A DNA stretch of 64,000 nt from Caldisericota bacterium (GTDB taxonomy: Bacteria; Caldisericota; JANLFM01). The notes under the pieces were generated by a model. The model saw nothing but the letters and a program-made list of their open reading frames with translations. It did not search any database and was not told the origin of the DNA. The translations under genes and the position numbers were made by a program. This document shows positions 28,033 to 41,403 of the stretch, piece after piece. The stretch spans positions 2,000 through 65,999 of the forward strand of contig JANLFM010000009.1 of assembly GCA_024655865.1 (NCBI GenBank), in the 5' to 3' direction. Positions within the stretch are counted from its first letter, which is position 1. Every line of letters begins with the position of its first letter.

Positions 28033-28944
28033 ATGCGCATATTCCTTGAACAGTTCCTCAACGGCCTTACCATAGGCTCTTTTTACGCCCTCGTAGCTCT
28101 GGGCTATTCCATGGTTTACGGGGTGATGAAGCTGATTAACTTCGCACACGGCGACCTCTTCGCGCTTGGCAGTTACTTGGGCTACACAGTCCTTGTGATC
28201 GGTGCGGGCTGGATAACTCAAGTTTTGGGAGTCTGGGGCGGTGTGGCAGTAGCTCTCACTGCGGCGATGCTCGGAATTGGCATAGCCGGTTTGGTAGTGG
28301 AGCGGATTGCCTACCGCCCCGTCTATAAAGCAGGTCGCCTTCCCCTCGTGGTCTCAGCTCTGGGAATGTCCATTTTTATCTCCAACGGGATCATGGCTAT
28401 CTGGGGCCCCCGCTTTCAGGCATATCCCCCCGATGCCATCCCTTCCGCTATCCTTTCCTTCGGTGATATCAAAATCACCGTGATTAAATTGGTTACCCTC
28501 ATTGTTTCTCTGGGATTGATGGCCCTAATCTACTGGATGGTAGAGAAAACCCTGTTTGGTGCCGCGGTGCGCGCCACAGCTCTGGACAGGGACACGGCCA
28601 CCCTGATGGGGATAGATTTCCGGAAGATCATCCTTTTTGTCTTCTTTGTAGGACCAGCTCTGGGTGCTATGGCGGGTGTGTTCGCTGGTTTGAACTACGG
28701 GCGCATCATCTTCAACCTGGGATGGACCTACGGCTTAAAAGCTTTTACCGCCACTATCCTGGGAGGAATTGGGAACATTCCCGGCGCAATGATCGGTGGA
28801 TTACTCCTGGGAGTAATGGAATCCCTATTTGAGGGATTTGTTTCTGGAGCCTGGAAAAGCGTTTTCGTTTTCCTGGTCTTAATTGCTATTTTGATCGTCA
28901 GGCCTACTGGCTTGATCGGCGAAAAGGTCGCGGAGAAAGTGTAA
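28033..28944 (+). CDS. livH: Amino acid ABC permease LivH
   Basis: NGLTIGSFYALVALGYSMVYGVMKLINFAHG, GGIGNIPGA, RPTGLIG. Confidence 0.92.
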   Translation: MRIFLEQFLNGLTIGSFYALVALGYSMVYGVMKLINFAHGDLFALGSYLGYTVLVIGAGWITQVLGVWGGVAVALTAAMLGIGIAGLVVERIAYRPVYKAGRLPLVVSALGMSIFISNGIMAIWGPRFQAYPPDAIPSAILSFGDIKITVIKLVTLIVSLGLMALIYWMVEKTLFGAAVRATALDRDTATLMGIDFRKIILFVFFVGPALGAMAGVFAGLNYGRIIFNLGWTYGLKAFTATILGGIGNIPGAMIGGLLLGVMESLFEGFVSGAWKSVFVFLVLIAILIVRPTGLIGEKVAEKV

Positions 28945-28947
28945 ACT

Positions 28948-30861
28948 ATGGCTGATGTAACCCGTAAAGTAACCCAGAGAATTCTGAACTCCCAAAAAAG
29001 CAGAAAAATGCCCGTCAAAATCGCACCGGTTCAGCTCGTTCTCCTGGCCGCGGTAATCGTTCTTCTGATCGCTTTTCCCTTTTTCCCTTTTGTGAACAAT
29101 TACTGGATCGACGTCGGCTTCTTTGTTGGTATATATGTTCTTCTGGGTTTGAGCTTGAACATCGTTTTAGGCGAGGTTGGACTCTTCGATTTAGGGCACG
29201 CAGCTTTTTATGCCATCGGGGCCTACACCACGGGTATTCTCTATGTGAAACTGCACGTTCCTATCCTGGCCCTGCTTCCCATTAGCGCCATTGTCGCTGG
29301 CGGTTTTGCTTATCTAGTGACCTCCCCCATTATCCATCTCAGAGGTGACTATCTCTGCATTGTAACCATTGGTATCGGAGAGATTGTGCGCATCACTGCT
29401 CTGAACAATCCTTTTGGATTGACCAATGGCCCAAACGGGGTCACAGGAATAGGTAATCCGGATTTGGGCCTTTTTGCCATTCGTACACCTACCCACTTTT
29501 ATTACTACATCTGGGTGATCATTGCCCTGGTGATCATTGGCCTTTTAAACCTCCAGAAGTCCAGGGTGGGCCGTGCCTGGAACTTTATCCGGGAGGACGA
29601 AATTGCTGCTGAGGCCAATGGCATCGATGTCCGTTCTTACAAGTTATTGGCTTTCGTTTTAGGAGCTGCCTTGGCAGGTATTGCAGGAAACATCTACGCC
29701 TCCAAGATGATGGTCATCTCCCCTGATAACTTCACATTTATGGAATCGTGCTTGCTTTTCTGCATTGTGCTTTTGGGTGGATTAGGTTCAATTCCCGGAA
29801 ATATGTTAGGAGCAGCCGCGATTGTAATATTCCCGGAGATCTTCCGGCAGTTCGCCAGTTATAAGCTCCTCTTCTTCGGAGCGGCTCTGGTGGTAATGAT
29901 GATTTTCCGTCCGGGTGGAATCTGGCCAAGGAGGAGGGAGGGTGTAGGCTTCCGCGGTCTGGGCATTTCCGGCTTGCCCAAAGATGAAAACGAGTTTCTG
30001 CTGAAAATTCCCAAGGAAGCGGTGCTCGTTCCCCACGGAGCGGACCCTGCCCAGAGCACAACTGTAAAAGCCGAGGTAGCCCAGGAAAAAACAATCAATA
30101 ATATAGTGCTCGAGACCCAGAATGTGACCATGCAGTTCGGCGGTCTCGTGGCCGTTAATCACTTCGACCTGAAAATCAGGGAAGGAAAGATTACCTCCTT
30201 AATTGGCCCGAACGGCGCCGGCAAGACCACTCTCTTCAACGTGATCACAGGAATCTACCGCCCTACTACCGGCAAGGTTATTTTTATGGGCAAGGATATT
30301 ACTGGACTTAAACCGCATACCATCATTGCCAAAGGAATCGCCCGTACCTTCCAGAACATTCGCCTCTTCCCCTCACTGACTTGCATCGAAAACGTAATGT
30401 CCGGTCCCCACTGCCATGCTCACAGCGGCACATGGTCCTCAATTTTACGCCTCCCGGTTCAGAAGAAAGAAGAGCGCAAGATCTTGGAGATCGCCTCTTA
30501 TCGTTTAAACCAGGTAGGCCTCTGGGAGTACAGGAATGAGCTGGCAAAAAACCTCCCCTACGGCAAGCAGAGACTTCTGGAAATTGCCCGAGCCCTGGCC
30601 ACAAGCCCTAAACTCCTTGTTTTGGACGAACCCTCCTCCGGTTTAAACGATAAGGAAACTGAGGAGTTAATGGAATTCCTGAAAAGTTTGATTACCGAAG
30701 GATTCACCCTTCTTTTAATCGAGCACGATATGAACGTGGTGATGGGAATCTCTGATTGGGTGACCGTGATGGACATGGGCTCCAAAATTGCGGAAGGCCC
30801 ACCCTCAGAAATCTACAACAACCCCAGGGTTATTGAAGCTTACCTGGGGAAGGAGGAGTGA
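28948..30861 (+). CDS. Fused LivM permease / LivG ATP-binding protein
   Basis: N-terminal LRGDYLCIVTIG..GEIVR permease; C-terminal FGGLVAV, GPNGAGKTT, LPYGKQR, LDEP; one open frame. Confidence 0.92.
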   Translation: MADVTRKVTQRILNSQKSRKMPVKIAPVQLVLLAAVIVLLIAFPFFPFVNNYWIDVGFFVGIYVLLGLSLNIVLGEVGLFDLGHAAFYAIGAYTTGILYVKLHVPILALLPISAIVAGGFAYLVTSPIIHLRGDYLCIVTIGIGEIVRITALNNPFGLTNGPNGVTGIGNPDLGLFAIRTPTHFYYYIWVIIALVIIGLLNLQKSRVGRAWNFIREDEIAAEANGIDVRSYKLLAFVLGAALAGIAGNIYASKMMVISPDNFTFMESCLLFCIVLLGGLGSIPGNMLGAAAIVIFPEIFRQFASYKLLFFGAALVVMMIFRPGGIWPRRREGVGFRGLGISGLPKDENEFLLKIPKEAVLVPHGADPAQSTTVKAEVAQEKTINNIVLETQNVTMQFGGLVAVNHFDLKIREGKITSLIGPNGAGKTTLFNVITGIYRPTTGKVIFMGKDITGLKPHTIIAKGIARTFQNIRLFPSLTCIENVMSGPHCHAHSGTWSSILRLPVQKKEERKILEIASYRLNQVGLWEYRNELAKNLPYGKQRLLEIARALATSPKLLVLDEPSSGLNDKETEELMEFLKSLITEGFTLLLIEHDMNVVMGISDWVTVMDMGSKIAEGPPSEIYNNPRVIEAYLGKEE

Positions 30862-30862
30862 A

Positions 30863-31609
30863 ATGGGCACACTCCTTTCCGTGGAAAACCTCGTCGTGAA
30901 CTATGGTGCGGTGGAAGCTTTAAAGGGAATTTCCCTGGAAATGCAAGAGGGAGACATTGTGGCTGTTCTGGGGGCAAACGGTGCCGGTAAGACTACCCTG
31001 CTTAAAGCTATCTCCCGCCTGGTTCACATTAGAAGCGGGACGATCAAATTAAGAGGTGAAGATTTAAGCAAGTTTCCTGCTCATCAGCTGGCAAGCATAG
31101 GGGTGGCTCACGTTCCTGAAGGGAGAAAAGTTTTCGCCACCCTGACAGTAGAAGAAAATTTAAACTTAGGTACCTGGGGGGTACGAAACCAGATCAATGC
31201 CCAGGAGATTCAGAAGACCAAGGAGTGGATTTTCCGCCTCTTCCCCGTTCTCAGGGAAAGAAGAAGGCAGCTTGCCGGAACCCTATCCGGTGGAGAACAG
31301 CAGATGCTGGCAATTGGTAGGGGGCTGATATCCAAGCCCAAAATTCTGCTTCTTGATGAGCCCTCATTGGGCCTGGCACCAATTTTAGTACAGGAGATAT
31401 TCCGGGTGATCAGACAGATCCACGATGAGGAAGGAGTTTCCATACTGCTCGTGGAACAAAATGCCCGCAAAGCTCTTGGTGTGGCCCGGTACGGTTACAT
31501 ACTGGAGACCGGGAAGATTGCCATTCACGGTCCCGCAGCACAACTTAAAGAGGACGAGCGCGTAAAAGCCGCTTATCTCGGTGGAACTCGCGTTCAACCA
31601 GCAAAATAG
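30863..31609 (+). CDS. livF: Amino acid ABC ATP-binding protein LivF
   Basis: GANGAGKTT, VPEGRKVF, LSGGEQQMLAIGR, LVEQNA. ATG at 30863 follows AGGAGG. Confidence 0.93.
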   Translation: MGTLLSVENLVVNYGAVEALKGISLEMQEGDIVAVLGANGAGKTTLLKAISRLVHIRSGTIKLRGEDLSKFPAHQLASIGVAHVPEGRKVFATLTVEENLNLGTWGVRNQINAQEIQKTKEWIFRLFPVLRERRRQLAGTLSGGEQQMLAIGRGLISKPKILLLDEPSLGLAPILVQEIFRVIRQIHDEEGVSILLVEQNARKALGVARYGYILETGKIAIHGPAAQLKEDERVKAAYLGGTRVQPAK

Positions 31610-31627
31610 TTGATTGGAATGCAAATG

Positions 31628-31665
31628 AACCAAAAAGGGCCAGCTTGAGCTGGCCCTTTTTGGTT
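31628..31665. terminator. Bidirectional intrinsic terminator
   Basis: Perfect 17-bp inverted repeat AACCAAAAAGGGCCAGC-TTGA-GCTGGCCCTTTTTGGTT between convergent genes. Confidence 0.92.
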
Positions 31666-31677
31666 TGCGGATTCAGG

Positions 31678-32541
31678 CTACTTCGTCCCGTAATTATGAG
31701 TGATTTCCACAGTCTTTTCCTCCAGGTTTTCCGTGATGTATATCGCATAGAACTGAGCCTGAGATGGAGACTGTAGCATCACCACGTAGGTTCTCGCCCC
31801 ATCCTCGTCGGTTTCCTCATGGTCAAAAACCTTGACGAACTCCGGAGGAGTGTTTACCTGATAATAAGTTTTGACTTTCTCATAAGAATCCGTGGTCGAA
31901 AGCCTAACCATGGTCCAGTTGGCCTCCTGACCATTGGGTCCGATTCCACTCCACTGGCCTGTATCCAGGACTTCCGCACCGGGATAGGGTTTCACTTTCC
32001 CGGTTTCTGGTGCACCAGTGGTGGGGGTTTCCCCAGCCTTGCCCACTGAGTGGTTGATGGAAACCACGTTTTCCTCAGACAAGGCAATGATGAAATTAAC
32101 CCAGGTATCCTCAGAAGGGGACTGGGCGTAAACTACGAATGTTTTTTGGCCGTCTTCTCCCGTTGTTTCAGCACTGCTTATGGTTTTCCATTCAGCGGGG
32201 ACGATCCCCTGGTAATAACCCTTAACCTTCTCATAGGGATCGTTGGTGGTTAAAAAGTAAACGGTGACGGTGCCCTTTTGACCGGAGGGGCCGGTATCCG
32301 AAGTAACTACCTTGCTTACCTGGTTAGCTCCAGGATACGGAGGGAAGGCTTCCTCTCCTTGAGGTGGGGGCGTTAATGTAGGTTTCTGGGTGAGGGAGGG
32401 AGAGGTCGAAGGTGGAGGTGGTGGCGTAGCAGTCTCTGTTGCCGGGGGTGAAGAAGGGCTTGAAGGAGCTGGGCCACCGCATCCTATAAGCGTCAGGGCA
32501 AGAACCAAAATTCCCGCCAGTAAAAAAATTAACTTTTTCAT
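31678..32541 (-). CDS. Hypothetical lipoprotein with Pro-rich tether and two tandem ~100-aa domains
   Basis: Lipobox LIGC, P/S/T linker, repeated PYPGA...T.D.YEKVK.YYQ...EDG..T.VV..QSPS. Confidence 0.85.
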   Translation of the reverse strand: MKKLIFLLAGILVLALTLIGCGGPAPSSPSSPPATETATPPPPPSTSPSLTQKPTLTPPPQGEEAFPPYPGANQVSKVVTSDTGPSGQKGTVTVYFLTTNDPYEKVKGYYQGIVPAEWKTISSAETTGEDGQKTFVVYAQSPSEDTWVNFIIALSEENVVSINHSVGKAGETPTTGAPETGKVKPYPGAEVLDTGQWSGIGPNGQEANWTMVRLSTTDSYEKVKTYYQVNTPPEFVKVFDHEETDEDGARTYVVMLQSPSQAQFYAIYITENLEEKTVEITHNYGTK

Positions 32542-32633
32542 TTTTTTCCTCCTTGCCTGATATTATTTATTATTCTACTAAAGCCTTGGATTGTAAAATT
32601 TCTCAAGATAAGGATAAGGAAAGAGGGTCAAAA

Positions 32634-33998
32634 ATGAAAATTACGCCATTAGGGGCGGCAGGAGAGGTAACCGGTTCCTCCTTTCTTGTGGAATCCGGAG
32701 AAAAAAAATTTCTTGTTGATTGCGGTCTCTTCCAGGGAGATCCGGAGTCTGAGGAGCGCAACAGGAGCTTTTCCTTTGACCCCAGGGAAATTGAGACCGT
32801 TTTTTTGACCCACGCACACTTAGATCACTGTGGCCGTCTCCCATTGCTTTTCAAGAAAGGCTTCCGGGGAAAGATTTACAGCACGAAGGCCACCCGGGAT
32901 TTAGCCCAGTTTATTCTCCTGGATGCTGCTAAGGTACAGGAAGAGGATTTCTTAAGACAATCCAGAAAGAAGAAAAGGGCAGGGGAGGAGGCTCTTCCCC
33001 CTTTGTATTCGGAAGGGGACGTGCTCTTCTCCCTGGCACTCTTTTCCTCTGTTCCCTACAATTCCCCGATTCCTTTAAGCAGCAATTTAAAGGTCACCTT
33101 CCGTCAGTCCGGACACGTTCTGGGTTCGGCTTTCCTCATTTTTGAGGAAAAGGGAAAAAGGGTAGTTTTCTCCGGTGACCTGGGCAACCCTCACCGTAAC
33201 GTAGTACCTGATCCGGACCTTCCTCCGGAATGCGACCTGGTATTCTGCGAATCCACCTACGGGGATCGCTCGCACAAGACCCTGGAAGAATCCATCGAGG
33301 AGCTCAAGGAGGCCATTAACTGGGCTTACAACGCCGGAGGAAATGTGGCCATTCCTTCTTTCGCTCTGGAGCGAGCTCAGGATGTCCTCTACTACCTTCG
33401 TAATTTGAGAGAGGAAAAGCAGGTTCCCCAAAATCCAGTTTTCCTGGATAGTCCTCTTTCTATTAATCTCACGGAGGTCTATCAGCACTACATTGAGGAA
33501 CTGGACGAGGAGTTGCGCGCTCTGATTTCTCAAGGAAAGGATCCCTTTCATTTTCCCGGCTTAGAATTTACTCCCACTGTGGAACAATCCCGGGCGATCA
33601 ACCAGAAGAACAGGATAATTGTGATCGCCGGAAGCGGGATGTGTCAGGGAGGAAGGATCCTCCATCATCTAAAGCACAACCTCTGGCGAGAGGATTCGGC
33701 AATTGTTTTCGTGGGCTATCAAGCCCGCTACACCCTGGGAAGGGCAATAGTGGACGGTGCTAAAAAGGTGCACATCTTTGGCGAGCCCATCGCCGTAAAA
33801 GCAAGGATCTATACCATTAACGGATTCAGCGCTCATGGAGATCAAAGAGTCCTGCTTGGCTGGCTTAAAAGCACGGGAAGGGCGGAAGTTATTTTAATTC
33901 ACGGGGAAGAGAATTCGGCCTTCTCTTTGGCCACAGAGCTCAAAGCCACGAACCGCTCAGTAAAAATTGCGGAGCAGGGAAGGGTTTATGAAATTTGA
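32634..33998 (+). CDS. Metallo-beta-lactamase/beta-CASP ribonuclease
   Basis: MKITPLGAAGEVTGS, THAHLDH, ESTYG, GSGMCQGGR, FSAHGD; start taken at ATG 32634. Confidence 0.93.
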   Translation: MKITPLGAAGEVTGSSFLVESGEKKFLVDCGLFQGDPESEERNRSFSFDPREIETVFLTHAHLDHCGRLPLLFKKGFRGKIYSTKATRDLAQFILLDAAKVQEEDFLRQSRKKKRAGEEALPPLYSEGDVLFSLALFSSVPYNSPIPLSSNLKVTFRQSGHVLGSAFLIFEEKGKRVVFSGDLGNPHRNVVPDPDLPPECDLVFCESTYGDRSHKTLEESIEELKEAINWAYNAGGNVAIPSFALERAQDVLYYLRNLREEKQVPQNPVFLDSPLSINLTEVYQHYIEELDEELRALISQGKDPFHFPGLEFTPTVEQSRAINQKNRIIVIAGSGMCQGGRILHHLKHNLWREDSAIVFVGYQARYTLGRAIVDGAKKVHIFGEPIAVKARIYTINGFSAHGDQRVLLGWLKSTGRAEVILIHGEENSAFSLATELKATNRSVKIAEQGRVYEI

Positions 33999-34488
33999 AT
34001 CCCTTAAAGGAAGGTTAATTGTGGGAGTGATTGGGGAGAGGGAAGCCTCGCGGAAAAACTACCTCCTTGCTTTGAGCCTGGGAAGGGGGTTGGCCCAAAA
34101 AGGAGCGATTTTGATCACCGGCGGCTTAGGAGGCGTAATGGAAGCCGCATCGAGAGGCGCCAAAGAAGAGGGAGGGGTCACTTTAGGAATTCTCCCGGGA
34201 GATAATCCTGAAGAAGCCAACCCCTGGGTAGACGTGCCCATCGTTACAGGAATGGGAGAGGCGCGCAACCTGATTATCGTACGCACTGCCAGGGTGATCG
34301 TGGCCATAGGCGGGGAATTCGGGACGCTTTCGGAGATGGCCTTTGCCTTGAAGATGAGGAAGCCAGTGATTTCCCTGAATTCCTGGATTCCAGAAAGGGA
34401 GAGAGTAAAAGCGGAGACACTTTATCCTGTTTCTACTGTGGAAGAGGCAGTATCCCTGGTCTGGAAGTTGTCCGGCCTTACGGGGTAG
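33988..34488 (+). CDS. LOG-like Rossmann-fold protein (TIGR00725 type)
   Basis: TGGLGGVMEAASRGA, TGMGEARN, GGEFGTLSE. Confidence 0.88.
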   Translation: MKFESLKGRLIVGVIGEREASRKNYLLALSLGRGLAQKGAILITGGLGGVMEAASRGAKEEGGVTLGILPGDNPEEANPWVDVPIVTGMGEARNLIIVRTARVIVAIGGEFGTLSEMAFALKMRKPVISLNSWIPERERVKAETLYPVSTVEEAVSLVWKLSGLTG

Positions 34489-34490
34489 TT

Positions 34491-35912
34491 TTATTCTCTT
34501 AAGAGGAGTTCCTTAAGGATCCGGTTTAAAATCTCGGGATTGGCTTTACCCCCGGAGAGCTTCATTACTTTCCCCACGAAAAATCCGAAGAGCTGTTCTT
34601 TCCCCTGTCGATACTGGCTAACCTGATCGGGATTCTCCTTGATTACTTCCTCCGCCCATTTTTTAATCAGCACAGGATCGGAAATCTGAGCGAGACCCCT
34701 TCTCTCGATGATTTCCCGGGCACCATCACCGGTCTGGAGCATTTCCTCGATTACCATCTTTCCTATCTTGGAGGAGATAGTTCCCTCCTTGAGAACCGTC
34801 AGAAATTCCACCAACCCTTCTGGAGAAAGAGGGACCTCAATGATGCTCAGGTTTCTGGCGTTCAGGTATTTCATTACTTCGGAGAGGAGCCAGTTGGCTA
34901 CTTCTTTGCCCGGTGCCCCCAGAGAAAGGCAGGAATCGAAAAAGTTGGCCAGTTCGGGGTTATTGGCGATAGTAGCGGCCTCTTGTGGAAAAAGCCCCAG
35001 CTCCTTGTACCTTTTTCTTTTATCTTCGGGCAGCTCGGGCATGCGACTCCTTACCTCCTCTATCCAGGGAGGGTCAATTTTTAAAGGAACCAGGTCTGGT
35101 TCAGGGAAGTAGCGGTAGTCCTCGGCTTCCTCCTTGGTCCTCATAGAAAGGGTGACTCCGGCACGCTCGTCATAATGCCTGGTTTCCTGAATCACCTGCC
35201 CCTTTTCTTTGAGAACCTCCTCTTGCCTTTTTATTTCGTATTCCAGCGCTTTCCTAACGGAATGGAAGGAATTCAGGTTTTTGATCTCGGTTCTTGTTCC
35301 TCTCTCAAGGGAGATGTTTACATCACAGCGCAGCGCGCCCTCCTCCATATTAGCCGTGGATACCCCAAGGGTGCGCAGGATGGAGCGCAGTTCCATGAGA
35401 TAAAGGGTAGCTTCCTGGGGGGAGGAGATATCCGGCCGAGAGACGATCTCTAAAAGCGGTACCCCGGAACGGTTGAAGTCAATCAGGGAGTAGCCGCTAG
35501 TGCGCGATATGCTCTCGCCATGAATCATTTTGGCTGTATCCTCTTCCATGTGTACTCTCTGGATGCCGATTCTCTTTTCCCCCTCCTCGGTCTCAATGAT
35601 TAAATAACCGTTCCGAGAGAATGGGAGATCGTACTGCGAAATTTGATAACCCTTGGGAAGGTCAGGGTAAAAGTAATTTTTCCTGTGAAACTGGGAAAAG
35701 GGCTGAATCTCGCAGTGCAGTGCTAAGGCCACAGCGATGGTGTATTCCACCGCCTGGCGATTCAAAACGGGAAGCGAACCGGGAAGCCCTAAACAGACCG
35801 GGCAGACTAGAGTGTTAGGTTCTGCTTTGAACTCCACGGGACAGGAGCAGAACATCTTGCTCCGGGTCTTCAGCTGGACATGAACTTCCAATCCGATCGT
35901 GGGCTTAAGCAC
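34491..35912 (-). CDS. gatB: Asp/Glu-tRNA amidotransferase subunit B
   Basis: [40 protein letters not shown]. Confidence 0.98.
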   Translation of the reverse strand: MLKPTIGLEVHVQLKTRSKMFCSCPVEFKAEPNTLVCPVCLGLPGSLPVLNRQAVEYTIAVALALHCEIQPFSQFHRKNYFYPDLPKGYQISQYDLPFSRNGYLIIETEEGEKRIGIQRVHMEEDTAKMIHGESISRTSGYSLIDFNRSGVPLLEIVSRPDISSPQEATLYLMELRSILRTLGVSTANMEEGALRCDVNISLERGTRTEIKNLNSFHSVRKALEYEIKRQEEVLKEKGQVIQETRHYDERAGVTLSMRTKEEAEDYRYFPEPDLVPLKIDPPWIEEVRSRMPELPEDKRKRYKELGLFPQEAATIANNPELANFFDSCLSLGAPGKEVANWLLSEVMKYLNARNLSIIEVPLSPEGLVEFLTVLKEGTISSKIGKMVIEEMLQTGDGAREIIERRGLAQISDPVLIKKWAEEVIKENPDQVSQYRQGKEQLFGFFVGKVMKLSGGKANPEILNRILKELLLRE

Positions 35913-37374
35913 TTAACTCCTCCACAATGGGCGGTTTGAGGTTTGAGAGCCCTGATTCCCTTTCAAAAAGGTAAGAGGCCTTAAATATCAGGGACTCCGA
36001 TAAGGCAGGGCCCACAATTTGCATCCCAACGGGCAAGCCGTTTTTCAAAGCAATAGGGATGGAGATGGCGGGCAGGCCGGCCAGGCTGATAGGAATGGTA
36101 TAAAGATCGGACATGTACATAGACAGGGGGTCCTGGACTTTTTCCCCTAATTTAAAGGGCAGAGTGGGGGACGTGGGTAGGGCAATCAGGTCTACTTTGC
36201 GGAAAGCCTTCTGGAAATCCTGGCTAATCAGGGTGCGCACTTTTTGCGCTTTCACGTAGAAGGCGTCCCGGTACCCCAAAGAAAGGGCGAAAGTTCCCAG
36301 CATAATCCTCCTTTTGACCTCAGCTCCGAACCCCTCGCCCCTCGTTTTCTTGTAAAGGGAGATAAGGTTCTCTTCACCTTTGGCTCTCAACCCAAAGCGG
36401 ATGCCATCGTATCGGGCCAGGTTTGCAGAGGCCTCGGCGGGAGCAATCAGGTAATAGGTGGGAATCCCGTAGGAGGCGTGGGGCAAGGAGACCTCTTCAA
36501 TCGCGAAACCAGCGCGCTCAAAAATCTCGAGCGCATCCTCAAAGGCTTCTTTAACTTCAGGAGTCAATCCTTCCTGGAGCAGGTCCCAGGGAACGCCGAT
36601 GCGCAGGGTTCCTACTGGGGAATCCAGTTCTTTTGAATAGGAGGGCACAGGCTCCGGTAACGAGGTAGAGTCGCGAGGATCGTGCCCAGAAATCACTTCC
36701 GTGAGCAGAGCAAGGTCAGGCACATTGCGGGCGAATGTGCCGATCTGATCAAGAGAAGAGGCGAAGGCCACCAGTCCGTAGCGAGAGACTCGGCCATAGG
36801 TGGGCTTCATTCCGAAAATGCCGCAGAAGCTCGCGGGCTGGCGCACGGAACCCCCCGTGTCTGATCCCAGGGCGAGAAAAACCTGGTAGGAGGCCACGCT
36901 TGTCGCAGATCCCCCAGATGATCCCCCGGGAACCCTCTCTATGTCCCAGGGATTTGCCGTTTTGAAGAAGGCTGAATTCTCAGTAGAGGAGCCCATGGCG
37001 AACTCATCGCAGTTAGTTTTACCGATAATAATCGCACCCGCGCGCTCCAGCTTCTCCACCACAGTAGCGTCATAAGGAGGAAGAAAATTTTCCAGGATCC
37101 GGGACCCACAGGTGGTCGTCATCCTGCGCGTGCAGATGTTGTCTTTTACAGCAACGGGAATCCCGGCAAGGGGACCGACTTCCTCTCCCTTTTTGAGCTT
37201 TTCCTCGAGCATTAGAGCTTTTGCCAGTGCACCTTCGGGATCGAGTACAAGAAAGGAACGTAGCTTTCCCTCTAATTTCTGGGCCCATTCGAGCGTTGCT
37301 TGAATGACCTCGACAGGGGATAAATTTCTCTCCCGGATTTCCTTCAGGATCTTATGAGCTGGTTGGAAGATCAA
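35905..37374 (-). CDS. gatA: Asp/Glu-tRNA amidotransferase subunit A
   Basis: Amidase signature [33 protein letters not shown]. Confidence 0.98.
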   Translation of the reverse strand: MIFQPAHKILKEIRERNLSPVEVIQATLEWAQKLEGKLRSFLVLDPEGALAKALMLEEKLKKGEEVGPLAGIPVAVKDNICTRRMTTTCGSRILENFLPPYDATVVEKLERAGAIIIGKTNCDEFAMGSSTENSAFFKTANPWDIERVPGGSSGGSATSVASYQVFLALGSDTGGSVRQPASFCGIFGMKPTYGRVSRYGLVAFASSLDQIGTFARNVPDLALLTEVISGHDPRDSTSLPEPVPSYSKELDSPVGTLRIGVPWDLLQEGLTPEVKEAFEDALEIFERAGFAIEEVSLPHASYGIPTYYLIAPAEASANLARYDGIRFGLRAKGEENLISLYKKTRGEGFGAEVKRRIMLGTFALSLGYRDAFYVKAQKVRTLISQDFQKAFRKVDLIALPTSPTLPFKLGEKVQDPLSMYMSDLYTIPISLAGLPAISIPIALKNGLPVGMQIVGPALSESLIFKASYLFERESGLSNLKPPIVEELSA

Positions 37375-37663
37375 TCCTCTGCCTCCAGGATAGTGGGAAT
37401 TTTGAAAAATCCTGATTCTTCTTCCGGGGCGTTCTTTAGAGCTTCCTCTCTGGGAAGCGTGGGACCAGGATTATCCTCACGCATCACGTTGTAGAGGGGA
37501 AGGATGCCGGAAGTGGGGGGGACGTTTTCCGTGTCCAGCTCGGAAATCCGGGCGAAATGATCGAGGAGCTCTACCATCTGCTGGTAAAATTGCTTTAACT
37601 CCTCCTCGGAAAATTCCAGACGGGCAAGGTGAGCGATGTGCTTTACGATTTCTAAAGTGATCT

Positions 37664-37667
<4 letters not shown>
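37371..37667 (-). CDS. gatC: Asp/Glu-tRNA amidotransferase subunit C
   Basis: HIAHLARL, NVMRED, LKNAP..FFKIP; directly upstream of gatA. Confidence 0.95.
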
Positions 37668-41389
<3,722 letters not shown>

Positions 41390-41403
<14 letters not shown>

